This document shows positions 1-11,325 of a stretch of DNA of 64,000 nt, piece by piece. The notes below the pieces were generated by a model that was not told where the DNA came from, did no database searches, and was given only the letters and a program-made list of their open reading frames with translations. Made by a program: the position numbers and the translations under genes. Position 1 is the stretch's first letter, and each line of letters starts with the position of its first letter. The DNA comes from an uncultured Thermodesulfobacteriota bacterium (GTDB taxonomy: Bacteria; Desulfobacterota; S145-22): contig CAZOBB010000068.1 in assembly GCA_964577975.1 (NCBI GenBank), positions 2,041-66,040 of the forward strand, in the 5' to 3' direction.

Positions 1-1
1 G

Positions 2-298
2 ATGCCCAATCCCAAGGTAGGAACTGTTACGTTTGATGTTGGAAAAGCGGTGAAAGAAGTTAAAGGCGGTAAAGTCGAATTCCGAACTGAGAAGACGGGT
101 ATAGTGCATACCATCATAGGGAAAAAGAGTTTCGGGAAGGAGAAATTGAAGGAAAATTTCCTGACTCTTTTGGATACCTTAATCCGCCTGAAACCAGCAG
201 CTAGCAAGGGAGCTTATTTGAAGGGAATTGCCCTGTCGACGACGATGAGTCCTGGCATCAAGATCGATCCGGTACAGGTGCGGAATCTTTTGAAGTAA
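2..298 (+). CDS. rplA: 50S ribosomal protein L1, C-terminal part (gene starts upstream of window)
   Basis: ORF runs from the window edge; the translation matches the conserved L1 C-terminal region; sits upstream of rplJ-rplL-rpoBC as in the canonical operon. Confidence 0.85.
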   Translation: MPNPKVGTVTFDVGKAVKEVKGGKVEFRTEKTGIVHTIIGKKSFGKEKLKENFLTLLDTLIRLKPAASKGAYLKGIALSTTMSPGIKIDPVQVRNLLK

Positions 299-470
299 CT
301 TAATAAAAGGAAACATCAGGCATTATCCCCCTGTCAAAGACAGACGGTGCTTCGGCGTAAAGGCTTCATGCCACCTCTCGAGACGGGATGAGGGTAAAGG
401 AGAGTTCATCTCCCAGATAGAAAGGTCACCCTCTGACTTTGATGGGCGTGGAAATATCAAAAGGAAGGGG
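299..470 (+). promoter_or_regulatory. L10 (rplJ) leader region, likely the autoregulatory L10/L12-binding 5'UTR
   Basis: 172-nt non-coding gap between rplA and rplJ with GC-rich pairing segments; position is the same as the known L10 leader in bacteria. Called from position and composition, structure not folded. Confidence 0.4.
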
Positions 471-998
471 GTGAAGACGATTAATAGAGAAGAAAAAGCT
501 GCGGTTGTTTCACAACTAAAAGAGGCATTCTCAAATTACAAGGTTCTGATTCTTGCGGATTATCGTGGACTGAACGTAGAAGCCATGAACGCGCTTCGCA
601 AGCAGCTGCGGGAGAGCGGTGTGACGTTGAGAGTAGTGAAAAATACCCTCTTGCGAATAGCGAGTGAAGAGACGGATGTGGCGCAGATTCAGGACCTCTT
701 CGTGGGACCGACGGCGATTGTGATTTCGGATGATGATCCGGTGGCGCCTGCGAAGGTATTGAAGGAGTTTGCCAAGAACAACGAAGCGTTGAAAATCAAA
801 GGTGGAATCCTTTCGGGGAAACCTTTGACCGTGGCAGACGTGGAAGGATTGGCAAGTTTGCCGGACAGGGATGTCTTGTTGGCTCAGTTGCTGTCAGTGT
901 TCAACGCTTCTCAATCTGGATTGGTGAATGTTTTGGCCGGTGTAATCCGGGGATTTCTGAATGTGTTGCATGCGGTTGAAGAGAAAAAGGCCGCGTAA
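471..998 (+). CDS. rplJ: 50S ribosomal protein L10
   Basis: GTG start; 175 aa; translation MKTINREEKAAVVSQLKEAF is typical of L10; located between rplA and rplL. Confidence 0.9.
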   Translation: MKTINREEKAAVVSQLKEAFSNYKVLILADYRGLNVEAMNALRKQLRESGVTLRVVKNTLLRIASEETDVAQIQDLFVGPTAIVISDDDPVAPAKVLKEFAKNNEALKIKGGILSGKPLTVADVEGLASLPDRDVLLAQLLSVFNASQSGLVNVLAGVIRGFLNVLHAVEEKKAA

Positions 999-1025
999 AA
1001 TTAGAGAGAATTAAAGGAGGAATCA

Positions 1026-1412
1026 ATGGCTGATATAACAAAGGAAGATGTCATCAAATTTATTGAGAACATGACGGTTCTCGAGCTTTCCGAGTTTGTG
1101 AAGGAGCTTGAAGAGAAGTTTGGGGTGTCCGCGGCGGCTCCCATGGCGGTGGCGGCGGTGGCACCAGGCGCGGCTGCGGGGGCTGAAGCGGCGGAGGAGA
1201 AGACAGAGTTTGACGTGATTCTTACTGGGTTTGGTGAGAAAAAGATTCAGGTTATTAAAGCGGTCCGCGAGGTGACAAGCCTCGGTCTCAAAGAAGCAAA
1301 GGAATTGGTTGAAAGTGTTCCGAAGCCTGTAAAAGAGGGAATCCCGAAAGAAGAAGCAGAGGCGATCGTAAAGAAAATTGAAGAGGCGGGCGGTACGGCT
1401 GAGATCAAGTAG
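1026..1412 (+). CDS. rplL: 50S ribosomal protein L7/L12
   Basis: 128 aa; Ala/Gly/Glu-rich flexible hinge ([24 protein letters not shown]); conserved C-terminal domain ending [10 protein letters not shown]; GGAGG RBS. Confidence 0.95.
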   Translation: MADITKEDVIKFIENMTVLELSEFVKELEEKFGVSAAAPMAVAAVAPGAAAGAEAAEEKTEFDVILTGFGEKKIQVIKAVREVTSLGLKEAKELVESVPKPVKEGIPKEEAEAIVKKIEEAGGTAEIK

Positions 1413-1434
1413 GTATCGAAAGAGGCAATAGAGA

Positions 1435-1458
1435 GGCGGGGGAGAACAGTCCCCCGCC
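1435..1458 (+). promoter_or_regulatory. GC-rich hairpin between rplL and rpoB (partial terminator/attenuator)
   Basis: GGCGGGGGA-gaacag-TCCCCCGCC perfect 9-bp stem with no U-tract after it; same position as the rplL-rpoB attenuator known in E. coli. Confidence 0.4.
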
Positions 1459-1483
1459 CAATCGGGATAGAGGTAGGGAGCCG

Positions 1484-4400
1484 ATGAAAGGTAAAATTAT
1501 TCGTAAAGATTTCTCGAAGATTAGGGAGGTCATTGAAGTTGGCAATCTGATTGAAATTCAAACGAAGTCGTATCGGGACTTCTTGCAGATGGATGTTCCT
1601 CCCGAAGAGAGAAAAGATGTTGGATTGCAGAAGGTCTTCAATACGGTTTTCCCCATCCACGATTTTTATGAATCGGCCACATTGGAGTTTGTGGAATATC
1701 ATATTGGAAAGCCGAAGGCGGATGTGATGGAGTGTATCCTCAAGGGATTGACGTATGAAGCCCCCATGAAGGTCATCATTCGTCTGGTTATATGGGATAC
1801 GGAAGGGGAAGAGAAATCCATCAAGGCTATTAAGGAACAAGATGTCTATCTCGGGGAAATTCCCCTTATGACGGACCACGGGACCTTTGTTATCAACGGA
1901 ACGGAAAGGGTCGTGGTCAGCCAACTTCATCGTTCCCCTGGGGTCTTCTTTAGTTCGGAAAAACAGGGTGGCAAGAAGATCTATTTCTGTCGGGTGATTC
2001 CTTACCGAGGGTCATGGCTCGATTTTGAGTTTGACGCGAAAGATTATATGTATGTTCGCATCGACCGCCGCCGGAAGCTTCCCGTTACCATCCTTTTGAG
2101 GGCGTTGGGATATAGCAAGGAGGAGATTTTAAATTTTTTCTACGACAGTGAAATCGTGGAGGTTTCGAACGGACAGTTTTATAAGCGCCTGAAAGAAGAT
2201 ATTATTTTGAAGCAGCGGCTGGATCAGGATGTCTTGCATCCTGAGACGGGTGAGGTTATTGCCAGAAAAGGGAGAAAGGTAACCCGGACAACCCTCAGAA
2301 AGATCGAGGCTGCAGGAATTAATCGGATACCGATTGACCGGGAATCTCTAATAGGAAAGGCCGTTGGAAAAGATGTGGTGGATGAAGAGACAGGAGAGGT
2401 CATTGTTCCTTGTAATGAAGAGTTGACAGAGGAAACCATTGATAAGATCTTGGAGGCGAAGGTTTCAGAATTTCCTATCCTTTTTATCGACAATATCAAT
2501 GTGAATCCGTCGATTCATCAAACATTCTTGATTGATAAACTAACGATCACGGAAAAGGATGTGGAGAGCCTTCAGGAGGAAGGTATTGAAAAGGGGATGA
2601 AAGAATTGGAACGGGACAAGGCTATGATAGAGATTTATAAACGCCTTCGTCCGGGAGATCTCCCCACGCTCGAAACGGCGCGGATATTCTTCCGAAATCT
2701 CTTCTTCAACCCCGATCGGTATGATCTCTCAAAAGTGGGGCGGATGAAACTCAATTATAAATTGGGCATCGACGTGGATGAAAATGAGATGACGCTGACG
2801 GAAGAGGATATCCTTGCCGTCGTGAAATATCTCTTTCGACTTCGTGATGGATATGGGGTAGAGGATGATATTGATCATTTAGGGAATCGACGCGTCCGAA
2901 CGGTTGGAGAGTTGGTGGAAGACCAATTCCATATCGGGATGGTGCGGCTTGAGCGGGCTATCAAGGAAAAGATGAGCTTGCAGGATGTGGAGACGCTTAT
3001 GCCCCATGATCTCATCAATTCCAAGCCCCTGACGGCGATACTGAAAGAGTTTTTTGGGAGCAGCCAGCTATCTCAGTTCATGGATCAAGTGAATCCACTG
3101 TCCGAGATTACCCATAAGCGGCGTTTGAGTGCGTTGGGGCCCGGGGGGTTGACTCGTGAACGGGCAGGATTTGAGGTGCGTGACGTCCATCCAACCCATT
3201 ATGGACGGATTTGCCCGATTGAAACGCCGGAAGGTCCCAATATCGGGTTGATCTCTTCCTTGAGTGTCTTTGCTCGTATCAACCCGTATGGGTTTATAGA
3301 GACCCCTTACCGGGTCGTGAAGAATGGGCGGGCTACCAACGAGATCAAATACCTTTTCGCCTTGGATGAAGAGGATCACGTAATCGCCCAGGCGAATGCC
3401 CCGTTGGACGAGGATGGCCGTTTTGTGAACGATTTGATTTCCGCCAGGAAGGGGGGGGAGTTCGTGATGGTTCCTCCCGAAGAGGTGGACTTTATGGATG
3501 TGTCTCCTAAGCAGCTCGTTAGTGTGGCGGCGGCGTTGATTCCTTTTTTGGAGCATGACGATGCAAACCGTGCCCTCATGGGATCAAACATGCAGCGCCA
3601 GTCCGTTCCCCTGTTGAAGGCGGAGGCCCCCTTGGTTGGTACGGGGATGGAATGGATTGTGGCGAGGGATTCAGGGGTAGTCGTCTCGGCGAAACGGGAT
3701 GGAGTCGTTACGTTTGTGGATTCCACAAAGATAATTATCAAGCACGCTAAAAACGGTGATGGGGATTTTGAACTGGATGTCTATCCGTTAACAAAGTACA
3801 TGCGGTCGAATCAAAATACCTGTATCAACCAAAAGCCCATCGTGAAAAAGGGACAAAAGGTTGCAAAAGGAGAGATTATAGCCGATGGTCCCGCGACGGA
3901 TCATGGGGAACTCGCCTTGGGGAGAAATGTCTTGGTGGCTTTCTTACCATGGGGCGGGTACAATTTTGAGGATTCGATTCTCGTAAGCGAAAAAATCCTC
4001 AAGGAAGACATCTATACCTCCATTCATATCGAGGAACTCGAGATTTCGGCGCGTGATACGAAATTGGGAAAGGAAGAGATAACGCGGGATATCCCAAACG
4101 TGGGAGAGGAGGCCTTAAAGGACCTTGACGAGAGCGGTATCATTCGATTGGGGGCACTGGTTTCGTCGGGTGATATTCTGGTGGGAAAGATCACGCCCAA
4201 GGGAGAAACCCAACTTTCCCCTGAGGAAAAACTCCTACGGGCGATTTTCGGCGAAAAAGCGGGGGATGTTCGGGACACCTCGTTGCGGGTACCCCATGGG
4301 GTGGAAGGCGTCGTGATTGATGTGAAGGTCTTGTCCCGGCGGGGTCAAGAAATCGATGAACGGACCCGGGCCATCGAAGAAGAAGAGCGCCGAAACCTGG

Positions 4401-5626
4401 AGAGGGATCAAGCGGATGAGATTAGAGTGGTTTTGGAAGCGACCAAAGAGGCATTGTCTTCCTTTTTTATTGGGAAAACCGTGGAGAAAGATACGGAGCT
4501 TCCCTGTGGCGTGAAGCTGGAAAAAGGGATGACCTTGGATGAGGGGGTGCTGGACGAGATAGATGTTCGAGATTTTGAGAAGATAGCCGCGGCGGATGTG
4601 GATACGGTTAAAGTTCGCTCGATGTTGGATCGGATGCAGGAAAGGATTGATGCTATCCGAAGCCTCTATCAGTCTCGCATTTCAAAGATCTCGAAAGGGG
4701 AAGAGCTACCCCCAGGTGTGTTGAAAACGGTAAAGGTCTATCTCGCGATGAAACGGAAGTTGTCGGTGGGAGACAAGATGTCGGGGCGCCACGGAAACAA
4801 GGGTATCATTTCACGAATCCTTCCGGAAGAAGACATGCCTTATCTCCCGGATGGAACGCCGGTGGACATCGTGTTGAACCCTCTGGGTGTTCCCTCCCGA
4901 ATGAATGTGGGGCAGATTTTGGAGACACACCTTGGGTGGGCTGCTGGCGAATTGGGAAGGCAAATTGAGGAGATGCTGGAGAAACATTATCCCATGGAGG
5001 GTATCCGGAAACATCTGAAAGAGGTTTTTCAGTCGGAACGGATCGATAAGCTTATCGATGAAGCCACGGACGAGGAAGTGCTTGAGATGGCCCAGAAGAT
5101 GTCGAAGGGAGTCCATGTCTCTGTTCCCGTTTTCGATGGGGCATCCGAAGAGGAAGTTAAGGAATACATGGAGAAAGCGGGAGTGCCCAAGGTGGGCCAG
5201 ACGATCCTTTTTGACGGAAGGACCGGAGAGCCGTTTGAGCATGAAGTGACGGTTGGGAAGATGTATATGTTGAAGCTTCATCATCTGGTGGATGATAAGA
5301 TACACGCCCGCTCTATTGGTCCGTACTCGCTGGTTACTCAACAGCCTTTGGGTGGAAAGGCGCAGTTTGGAGGACAGCGCTTTGGCGAAATGGAAGTGTG
5401 GGCGATGGAGGGGTATGGAGCCGCCTATTCTCTCCAAGAGTTTCTCACGATCAAGTCGGATGACGTGGGAGGAAGGACCCGAGCGTATGAAGCGATTGTG
5501 AAAGGGGAGGACGTACTCCAACCGGGTATCCCCGAATCGTTTAATGTTTTGGTGAAAGAACTGCAAAGCCTTTGTCTTGATGTGGAGTTGATCAACACAT
5601 CCAAGATGAAGCGTAAGGAGGGATAA
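1484..5626 (+). CDS. rpoB: DNA-directed RNA polymerase subunit beta
   Basis: 1380 aa; unmistakable RpoB motifs (rifampicin-region block ...[27 protein letters not shown]...; catalytic-region block ...[15 protein letters not shown]...). Confidence 0.97.
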   Translation: MKGKIIRKDFSKIREVIEVGNLIEIQTKSYRDFLQMDVPPEERKDVGLQKVFNTVFPIHDFYESATLEFVEYHIGKPKADVMECILKGLTYEAPMKVIIRLVIWDTEGEEKSIKAIKEQDVYLGEIPLMTDHGTFVINGTERVVVSQLHRSPGVFFSSEKQGGKKIYFCRVIPYRGSWLDFEFDAKDYMYVRIDRRRKLPVTILLRALGYSKEEILNFFYDSEIVEVSNGQFYKRLKEDIILKQRLDQDVLHPETGEVIARKGRKVTRTTLRKIEAAGINRIPIDRESLIGKAVGKDVVDEETGEVIVPCNEELTEETIDKILEAKVSEFPILFIDNINVNPSIHQTFLIDKLTITEKDVESLQEEGIEKGMKELERDKAMIEIYKRLRPGDLPTLETARIFFRNLFFNPDRYDLSKVGRMKLNYKLGIDVDENEMTLTEEDILAVVKYLFRLRDGYGVEDDIDHLGNRRVRTVGELVEDQFHIGMVRLERAIKEKMSLQDVETLMPHDLINSKPLTAILKEFFGSSQLSQFMDQVNPLSEITHKRRLSALGPGGLTRERAGFEVRDVHPTHYGRICPIETPEGPNIGLISSLSVFARINPYGFIETPYRVVKNGRATNEIKYLFALDEEDHVIAQANAPLDEDGRFVNDLISARKGGEFVMVPPEEVDFMDVSPKQLVSVAAALIPFLEHDDANRALMGSNMQRQSVPLLKAEAPLVGTGMEWIVARDSGVVVSAKRDGVVTFVDSTKIIIKHAKNGDGDFELDVYPLTKYMRSNQNTCINQKPIVKKGQKVAKGEIIADGPATDHGELALGRNVLVAFLPWGGYNFEDSILVSEKILKEDIYTSIHIEELEISARDTKLGKEEITRDIPNVGEEALKDLDESGIIRLGALVSSGDILVGKITPKGETQLSPEEKLLRAIFGEKAGDVRDTSLRVPHGVEGVVIDVKVLSRRGQEIDERTRAIEEEERRNLERDQADEIRVVLEATKEALSSFFIGKTVEKDTELPCGVKLEKGMTLDEGVLDEIDVRDFEKIAAADVDTVKVRSMLDRMQERIDAIRSLYQSRISKISKGEELPPGVLKTVKVYLAMKRKLSVGDKMSGRHGNKGIISRILPEEDMPYLPDGTPVDIVLNPLGVPSRMNVGQILETHLGWAAGELGRQIEEMLEKHYPMEGIRKHLKEVFQSERIDKLIDEATDEEVLEMAQKMSKGVHVSVPVFDGASEEEVKEYMEKAGVPKVGQTILFDGRTGEPFEHEVTVGKMYMLKLHHLVDDKIHARSIGPYSLVTQQPLGGKAQFGGQRFGEMEVWAMEGYGAAYSLQEFLTIKSDDVGGRTRAYEAIVKGEDVLQPGIPESFNVLVKELQSLCLDVELINTSKMKRKEG

Positions 5627-5628
5627 CC

Positions 5629-8600
5629 TTGCAAAGTTTTGCCTCTTCATGGTTTTCAGAATCGAAAGAAACGTTGGATTTTGATGCCATTCGTATTGGT
5701 CTGGCTTCACCCGAAAAGATTGAAGCCCTGTCTCACGGTGAAGTCAAGAAACCTGAAACGATAAACTATCGGACATTTAAACCGGAGAAAGACGGGCTCT
5801 TCTGTGCGAGGATCTTCGGACCCGTCAAGGATTATGAATGTAATTGCGGTAAGTACAAACGGATGAAGCATCGCGGGATTGTGTGCGAAAAATGTGGCGT
5901 CGAGGTGATTCAGTCCAAGGTGCGGAGGGAAAGATTAGGGCATATCAAGCTGGCGAGCCCCGTGGCCCACATCTGGTTTTTGAAAAGTATTCCCAGCAAG
6001 ATTGGGACGTTGTTGGATATGTCCATCAGTGAGCTGGAGAGCATTCTTTATTTCGAGTCCTATGTGGTTTTGGATCCGAAAGAGACATCTTTGAAACGTG
6101 GAGAACTCCTCTCCGAGGAACGGTACAGAGATCTCTACGATGGAGAAGGATGGGATTTTAGGGCCGGAATTGGAGCGGAGGCGGTGCGCGAGCTTCTTCA
6201 AGACCTCGATCTGGAGGCCTTGGCGAAGGAACTGAGGGCGGAGCTGGCGGATACCAATTCTGACACGAAGAAGAAGAAGCTCGTGAAGCGCCTGAGGATC
6301 GTGGAGGCGTTCCTTGAATCGGGGAACAAACCGGAATGGATGATCTTAACCGTCATACCTGTGTTGCCTCCCGATTTGCGACCCCTTGTTCCTTTGGATG
6401 GAGGAAGGTTCGCGACATCGGATCTGAATGACCTCTACCGGCGGGTCATCAACCGGAACAACCGTTTGAAACGTCTCCTCGAGTTGGATGCCCCTGATAT
6501 TATCATCCGCAACGAAAAGCGGATGCTCCAAGAAGCCGTGGATGCCTTGTTTGACAATGGCAAGCGGGGACGCGCGATCGTGGGAGCGAATAAAAAGCCG
6601 CTGAAATCCTTGAGTGACATGCTTCGCGGAAAGCAGGGACGGTTCCGTCAGAACCTGCTGGGGAAACGGGTGGACTATTCGGGACGTTCCGTGATCGTTG
6701 TAGGCCCGGAGCTCAAACTGCATAAGTGTGGCCTTCCGAAGCGGATGGCTTTGGAGCTTTTTAAGCCGTTTATCTATGGGAAACTCCGAGAAAAGGGGCT
6801 GGCTATCACCATCAAAGCGGCTAAAAAGATTGTTGAGAAAGAAGGGCCCGAGGTTTGGGATATCCTCGATGAGATCATCCGGGAACATCCTGTTCTCCTG
6901 AACCGTGCCCCTACCCTCCACCGGCTTGGGATTCAGGCGTTTGAGCCGATTTTGATCGAGGGGAAGGCGATACAGTTGCATCCTCTTGTTTGTACGGCCT
7001 ATAATGCCGACTTCGATGGGGACCAGATGGCCGTTCATGTTCCTCTTTCGATCGAGGCAATGACGGAGGCGAGGGTTTTGATGATGTCTACCAACAACAT
7101 TCTTTCCCCCGCCAATGGAAAACCCATCATTGTGCCTACGCAGGATATCGTGCTTGGTTTGTATTTTATGACCATTACCCGTCCCTTTGTGAAGGGGGAA
7201 GGAAAGGTTTTCGCGAATCCTGAGGAGGTCCGAATTGCTCATGATCAGGGAGAAGCGGATCTTCATGCCGCCATCAAGGTCCGGATGGATGGTCAGATTG
7301 TGGAAACGAGTGTGGGAAGGATCCTTTTGAAGGAAGTAATCCCGGAGGATATACCCTTTGATCTCATCAACAAGCCGATGACAAAGAAGGAAGTGGCGAA
7401 GTTGGTGGACTATTCCTTCCGCAAGGCGGGAGATAAAAAGACCGTCATCCTTTCGGATAAATTGAAAAATCTTGGATATTACTACGCCACAAAGGCGGGA
7501 ATTTCCATTTGCATTGATGACCTCGTGATTCCCAAGCGAAAAGAAGAGTTGTTGGCCAAGGCGAATGAGGAAGTGGCAGAGGTGTATAAACACTATAGGG
7601 AAGGGATCATCACGGAGAGTGAGCGGTATAACAAGGTTATCGACATCTGGGCCGATACGACGGAAAAGGTGGCGGAAGAGATGATGGAAGAGCTCCGCTA
7701 TGAGGTCGTAGAGGATGTGGATGGCGAGAAAAAGGCGAAAACGAAAAGCCTTAACCCTGTCTTTATCATGGCGGATTCGGGCGCGAGAGGAAGCGCGCAG
7801 CAGATCCGCCAGTTGGCCGGGATGCGAGGGTTGATGGCAAAACCAACGGGAGAAATTATCGAAACACCGATTACCGCCAATTTCCGTGAAGGCTTGACCG
7901 TGTTGCAGTATTTTATCTCGACGCACGGCGCCAGGAAAGGGTTGGCGGATACCGCTTTGAAGACGGCGAACTCCGGTTACCTCACGCGCCGCCTCGTGGA
8001 TGTCTCCCAGGATACCGTGATTACCGAGTACGATTGTGGAACCTTGGATGGGATAGAGATGACCTCCCTGATTGAGGGTGGAAAGATCATAGAACCGGTT
8101 GGGGCAAGGATTCTGGGACGCGTGGCTTTGGAAGATATCGTGGATCCCTTTAGTGGGGAAGTTATCGTCGAGGCGAACCAGGAGATTGATGAAGAAGCCG
8201 TTCAAAGGATCAACGAGTGTGGAATTAACTCGGTGAAAATCCGCTCGGTTCTCACGTGCAAATCGAAACGCGGATGTTGCGTTCTTTGCTACGGACGTGA
8301 TCTCGCGAGGGGGCGATTGGTCAACGTGGGGGAGGCTATTGGAATTATTGCCGCCCAGTCCATTGGTGAGCCTGGTACCCAGTTGACGATGCGGACGTTT
8401 CATATCGGCGGTACGGCGAGTCGTCGGGTCGAGCAGAACACGTTGGAGTCGCCAATAGATGGAACCATAAAGTATGTGAACCTCAAGACAGTCAAAAATC
8501 GGCGAGGGGAGCATGTTGTCTTGAATCGGAATGGGGAGATTGCCATTCTGGATGCCGAGGGGAGGGAACGGAAGAAGTATCCTCTCATCTATGGGACGCG

Positions 8601-9843
8601 GGTGAAACTTGCGGATGGAGCAAAGGTCAAGGAAAAGCAACTTATCGCCGAATGGGATCCTTACAACACACCGGTCGTGACGGAAGTGTCGGGAAAGGTC
8701 AAATTTGGCGATGTGATCGAAGGCTTTACGATGCAGGAGCAGGTGGATGAGATCACGGGGCTTTCGACGAAGGTTATCGTGGAGTCCCGAGATCCTTCCC
8801 TGAGACCGAGGATCTCCATCAAGGATGAAAAAGGTAGAACGCAGAAACTGCCAGGTAGCTCCAGCATGGCCCGGTACCTCTTGCCGGTGGGTGCGATTAT
8901 TCAGGTTGCCGAAGGTGATGAGGTGCAGGCGGGAGATGTCATCGTCAAGATTCCAAGGGAAACCACGAAGACAAAGGACATCACCGGCGGATTGCCACGG
9001 GTTGTGGAATTGTTCGAAGCGAGAAAGCCGAAAGAGAGTGCCGTTATTAGCGAGATCGATGGGATTGTTTCCATTGGAAAGGATATCAAGGGGAAGCGAA
9101 CGGTTATTGTGACCCCCGAGGTCGGGGAGCCGAAAGAGTATGTGATTCCGAAGGGGAAGCATATCAGTGTTCATTCGGGTGATTTTATCAAGGCTGGAGA
9201 GGCATTGATGGATGGCCCCATCAATCCGCACGATATCCTGCGAGTGAAGGGGGAGAAGGAACTGGCAAAATATCTGGTGGACGAGGTTCAGGAAGTCTAC
9301 CGACTCCAAGGCGTCGAGATAAACGATAAGCACATTGAGGTCATTGTGCGTCAGATGCTCAAACGGGTGAAGATAAAAGAATCGGGAGACACGAAATTTC
9401 TGATTGATGACGTGGTGGAAAAACATGTTTTTGAAGAAGAGAACGAGCGTGTGTTGCAGGAAGGGGGGACACCTGCCGTGGCGGAACCGCTTCTGATGGG
9501 CATAACGAAAGCGGCGTTGATTACGGATAGCTTTATTTCGGCGGCCTCCTTTCAAGAAACGACAAAGGTTCTCACGGGGGCGAGTATCGCCGGAAAGATA
9601 GATTACTTGAAAGGCTTGAAGGAAAACGTAGTGGTGGGAAGGTTGATTCCGGCTGGTACGGGTTTTCGGAAGTATCAGGAACTGGAGGTAGTAACGGAGA
9701 CGGGAGAGCGGGAGTTTGGACCAAAATTTGATGCAACCCGAGAGTTGGAAGCGTTTGATGCCTTTGTGGCGACACCCCCTTCGCCGGTGAGTAGTGGCGG
9801 AGATGGCTCGACGGACAGCATAACGCCCATTGAGTTTAGATGA
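5629..9843 (+). CDS. rpoC: DNA-directed RNA polymerase subunit beta'
   Basis: TTG start 3 nt after the rpoB stop; 1404 aa; zinc-finger block [23 protein letters not shown]; catalytic motif [14 protein letters not shown]. Confidence 0.97.
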   Translation: MQSFASSWFSESKETLDFDAIRIGLASPEKIEALSHGEVKKPETINYRTFKPEKDGLFCARIFGPVKDYECNCGKYKRMKHRGIVCEKCGVEVIQSKVRRERLGHIKLASPVAHIWFLKSIPSKIGTLLDMSISELESILYFESYVVLDPKETSLKRGELLSEERYRDLYDGEGWDFRAGIGAEAVRELLQDLDLEALAKELRAELADTNSDTKKKKLVKRLRIVEAFLESGNKPEWMILTVIPVLPPDLRPLVPLDGGRFATSDLNDLYRRVINRNNRLKRLLELDAPDIIIRNEKRMLQEAVDALFDNGKRGRAIVGANKKPLKSLSDMLRGKQGRFRQNLLGKRVDYSGRSVIVVGPELKLHKCGLPKRMALELFKPFIYGKLREKGLAITIKAAKKIVEKEGPEVWDILDEIIREHPVLLNRAPTLHRLGIQAFEPILIEGKAIQLHPLVCTAYNADFDGDQMAVHVPLSIEAMTEARVLMMSTNNILSPANGKPIIVPTQDIVLGLYFMTITRPFVKGEGKVFANPEEVRIAHDQGEADLHAAIKVRMDGQIVETSVGRILLKEVIPEDIPFDLINKPMTKKEVAKLVDYSFRKAGDKKTVILSDKLKNLGYYYATKAGISICIDDLVIPKRKEELLAKANEEVAEVYKHYREGIITESERYNKVIDIWADTTEKVAEEMMEELRYEVVEDVDGEKKAKTKSLNPVFIMADSGARGSAQQIRQLAGMRGLMAKPTGEIIETPITANFREGLTVLQYFISTHGARKGLADTALKTANSGYLTRRLVDVSQDTVITEYDCGTLDGIEMTSLIEGGKIIEPVGARILGRVALEDIVDPFSGEVIVEANQEIDEEAVQRINECGINSVKIRSVLTCKSKRGCCVLCYGRDLARGRLVNVGEAIGIIAAQSIGEPGTQLTMRTFHIGGTASRRVEQNTLESPIDGTIKYVNLKTVKNRRGEHVVLNRNGEIAILDAEGRERKKYPLIYGTRVKLADGAKVKEKQLIAEWDPYNTPVVTEVSGKVKFGDVIEGFTMQEQVDEITGLSTKVIVESRDPSLRPRISIKDEKGRTQKLPGSSSMARYLLPVGAIIQVAEGDEVQAGDVIVKIPRETTKTKDITGGLPRVVELFEARKPKESAVISEIDGIVSIGKDIKGKRTVIVTPEVGEPKEYVIPKGKHISVHSGDFIKAGEALMDGPINPHDILRVKGEKELAKYLVDEVQEVYRLQGVEINDKHIEVIVRQMLKRVKIKESGDTKFLIDDVVEKHVFEEENERVLQEGGTPAVAEPLLMGITKAALITDSFISAASFQETTKVLTGASIAGKIDYLKGLKENVVVGRLIPAGTGFRKYQELEVVTETGEREFGPKFDATRELEAFDAFVATPPSPVSSGGDGSTDSITPIEFR

Positions 9844-9869
9844 TTAGAAAGTTTTTTACAAAACAAAAA

Positions 9870-9895
9870 GCGGGAGCCAGCGGCTCCCGCTTTTT
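9870..9895. terminator. Bidirectional rho-independent terminator between rpoC (+) and ybgF (-)
   Basis: AAAAA-GCGGGAGCC-agc-GGCTCCCGC-TTTTT; perfect 9-bp GC stem flanked by A- and T-runs. Confidence 0.65.
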
Positions 9896-9913
9896 CGCTT
9901 ATCAGAGAGAGAC

Positions 9914-10714
9914 TTATCTGATTTTTCGGAGGACACGCTTGGCAATTTTTGCTTGATCTGTCCTGGGGAATTTTCTGATCAGTTTTTTCAAAACGAGTTT
10001 TCCATCCGTTTTATCCCCCAGTTTCAAAAACGCTAGACCCTCTTTGAGAAGGGCGGAAGGTATCTTGTCTCCTCGAGGGTAGGAACGGATAACCTTTTCA
10101 TACTCTAGGATTGCGCTTTCGAAATCGCCTTCCGAAAAATAGGTTTCCCCGATCCAGAATTGGGCATTGTCGGAGTAGACCGTTTTCGGATATTTTTTAA
10201 GAAAAGCCCGAAATTTTTCCCGTGCTTCAGAGTAGTTCCCTTGTGTGAAACTCTGATAGGCATCATCGTACATGGTTTCCATGGGTGATGCCGTTCCCGT
10301 GATGTCGTTCCGAATGGGAGCGGGCCTTGTGGGTTTTTGCCGTTGGGTGTGGACGGATTTCTCGATCTCCGAAATTCGCTGGTTTTGCACTTGAAGTTGC
10401 TGGCGCAGCTTTTCTATCTTGGCGTCATTCTCGCCCAAGCGTTGTGTCACATCTTCCGCTTTCGCGTCGACCGCTTTGACCTCGGTACTTAAGGAATCGA
10501 AACGGTTTTGTAGTTCAGCATATTTTATCTCGTTCTTGCTTTTCAGCGCCTTTAATTCAGCTCTTAGTTGGGAAATTTCGGCATTAAGACGGGCAATATC
10601 GCGCTGAAGGGGATCCTCGCTGGTTACACATCCCGTCAGGAGGACAACAAAGAAAAGAAGAAGGAAGAGAATCCTTCTTCTTCGTATATCATATTTGAGC
10701 CGTTGCGTGTTCAC
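9914..10714 (-). CDS. cpoB: Tol-Pal system protein YbgF/CpoB (coiled-coil plus TPR)
   Basis: Lipoprotein-type signal (LLTGCV); N-terminal coiled coil; C-terminal TPR repeats with YbgF-like pattern (YDDAYQSF..GNYSEAREKFRAFLKKYPKTVYSDNAQFWIGETYF); last gene of a tolB-pal-ybgF string. Confidence 0.8.
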   Translation of the reverse strand: MNTQRLKYDIRRRRILFLLLFFVVLLTGCVTSEDPLQRDIARLNAEISQLRAELKALKSKNEIKYAELQNRFDSLSTEVKAVDAKAEDVTQRLGENDAKIEKLRQQLQVQNQRISEIEKSVHTQRQKPTRPAPIRNDITGTASPMETMYDDAYQSFTQGNYSEAREKFRAFLKKYPKTVYSDNAQFWIGETYFSEGDFESAILEYEKVIRSYPRGDKIPSALLKEGLAFLKLGDKTDGKLVLKKLIRKFPRTDQAKIAKRVLRKIR

Positions 10715-10771
10715 GATGTCCGGAGGATTTGGCTCGGGGTGCCGTTACGGTACCCCGAGCTGTTGTTTTGT

Positions 10772-11311
10772 TTATTTTGCTAAAATAATGAAGTGGCACC
10801 GACGATTTTTGGCCCATGCCTCCTCATTGTGACGTGGATCCAGAGGCATTTCTTCTCCATAGCTAATCGTAGAGAGACGGTTGGCGTCCACGCCAAGGTT
10901 GATGAGGTATTTCTTGGCGCTTTCCGCTCTCCTTTCGCCCAATACCAAGTTGTATTCTACCGATCCCCGCTCGTCGCAGTGTCCTTCTATCTGGATCTTG
11001 TAGGTTGGGTGCGCCAGCAGGAACTCGGCGTTCTTTTTCAGGATCGCCGCCGCGTCAGGCCTGATATTGTATTTGTCGAAATCGAAGTGGATGTCCTTCA
11101 AATATTTGCTTTCCATGAATTCCCCTTGGATGCCCGGATATTTCTTCTTTTCCAGGCCTTCTTCTTGGACACCCTGTTTTTCTGTGCTTACCTGTTTCCC
11201 CTGTCCTTCGCCCGTTGTTGGTTTTACCGCCTTCTTGCTACAGCAACTTACCGTGATAAACAAGGGAAGCACCAAAAGGGCAATAAAAACTCCTAGGTTT
11301 CTCCTCTTCAT
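10772..11311 (-). CDS. pal: Peptidoglycan-associated lipoprotein Pal (OmpA-family C-terminal domain)
   Basis: Start taken at MKRRNLGV; lipobox ITVSCC; OmpA-like domain (DFDKYNIRPDAAAILKKNAEFL...EGHCDERGSVEYNLVLGERRAESAKKYL); between tolB and ybgF. Confidence 0.85.
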   Translation of the reverse strand: MKRRNLGVFIALLVLPLFITVSCCSKKAVKPTTGEGQGKQVSTEKQGVQEEGLEKKKYPGIQGEFMESKYLKDIHFDFDKYNIRPDAAAILKKNAEFLLAHPTYKIQIEGHCDERGSVEYNLVLGERRAESAKKYLINLGVDANRLSTISYGEEMPLDPRHNEEAWAKNRRCHFIILAK

Positions 11312-11325
11312 TGTTTCACCTCCTT

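Noticed and set aside
1247-1930. 227-aa minus-strand ORF spanning the rplL 3' end through the rpoB 5' end
   Set aside because: It is antisense to two highly conserved genes and crosses the intergenic attenuator. It is an ORF-finder artefact.
4811-5710. 299-aa minus-strand ORF
   Set aside because: Antisense shadow of the rpoB 3' end and rpoC 5' end.
6346-9555. 1069-aa ORF on the minus strand
   Set aside because: It lies entirely antisense to rpoC, whose protein identity is unambiguous. The long open frame is a shadow ORF, His/Arg/Leu-rich with low complexity, and is not a gene.
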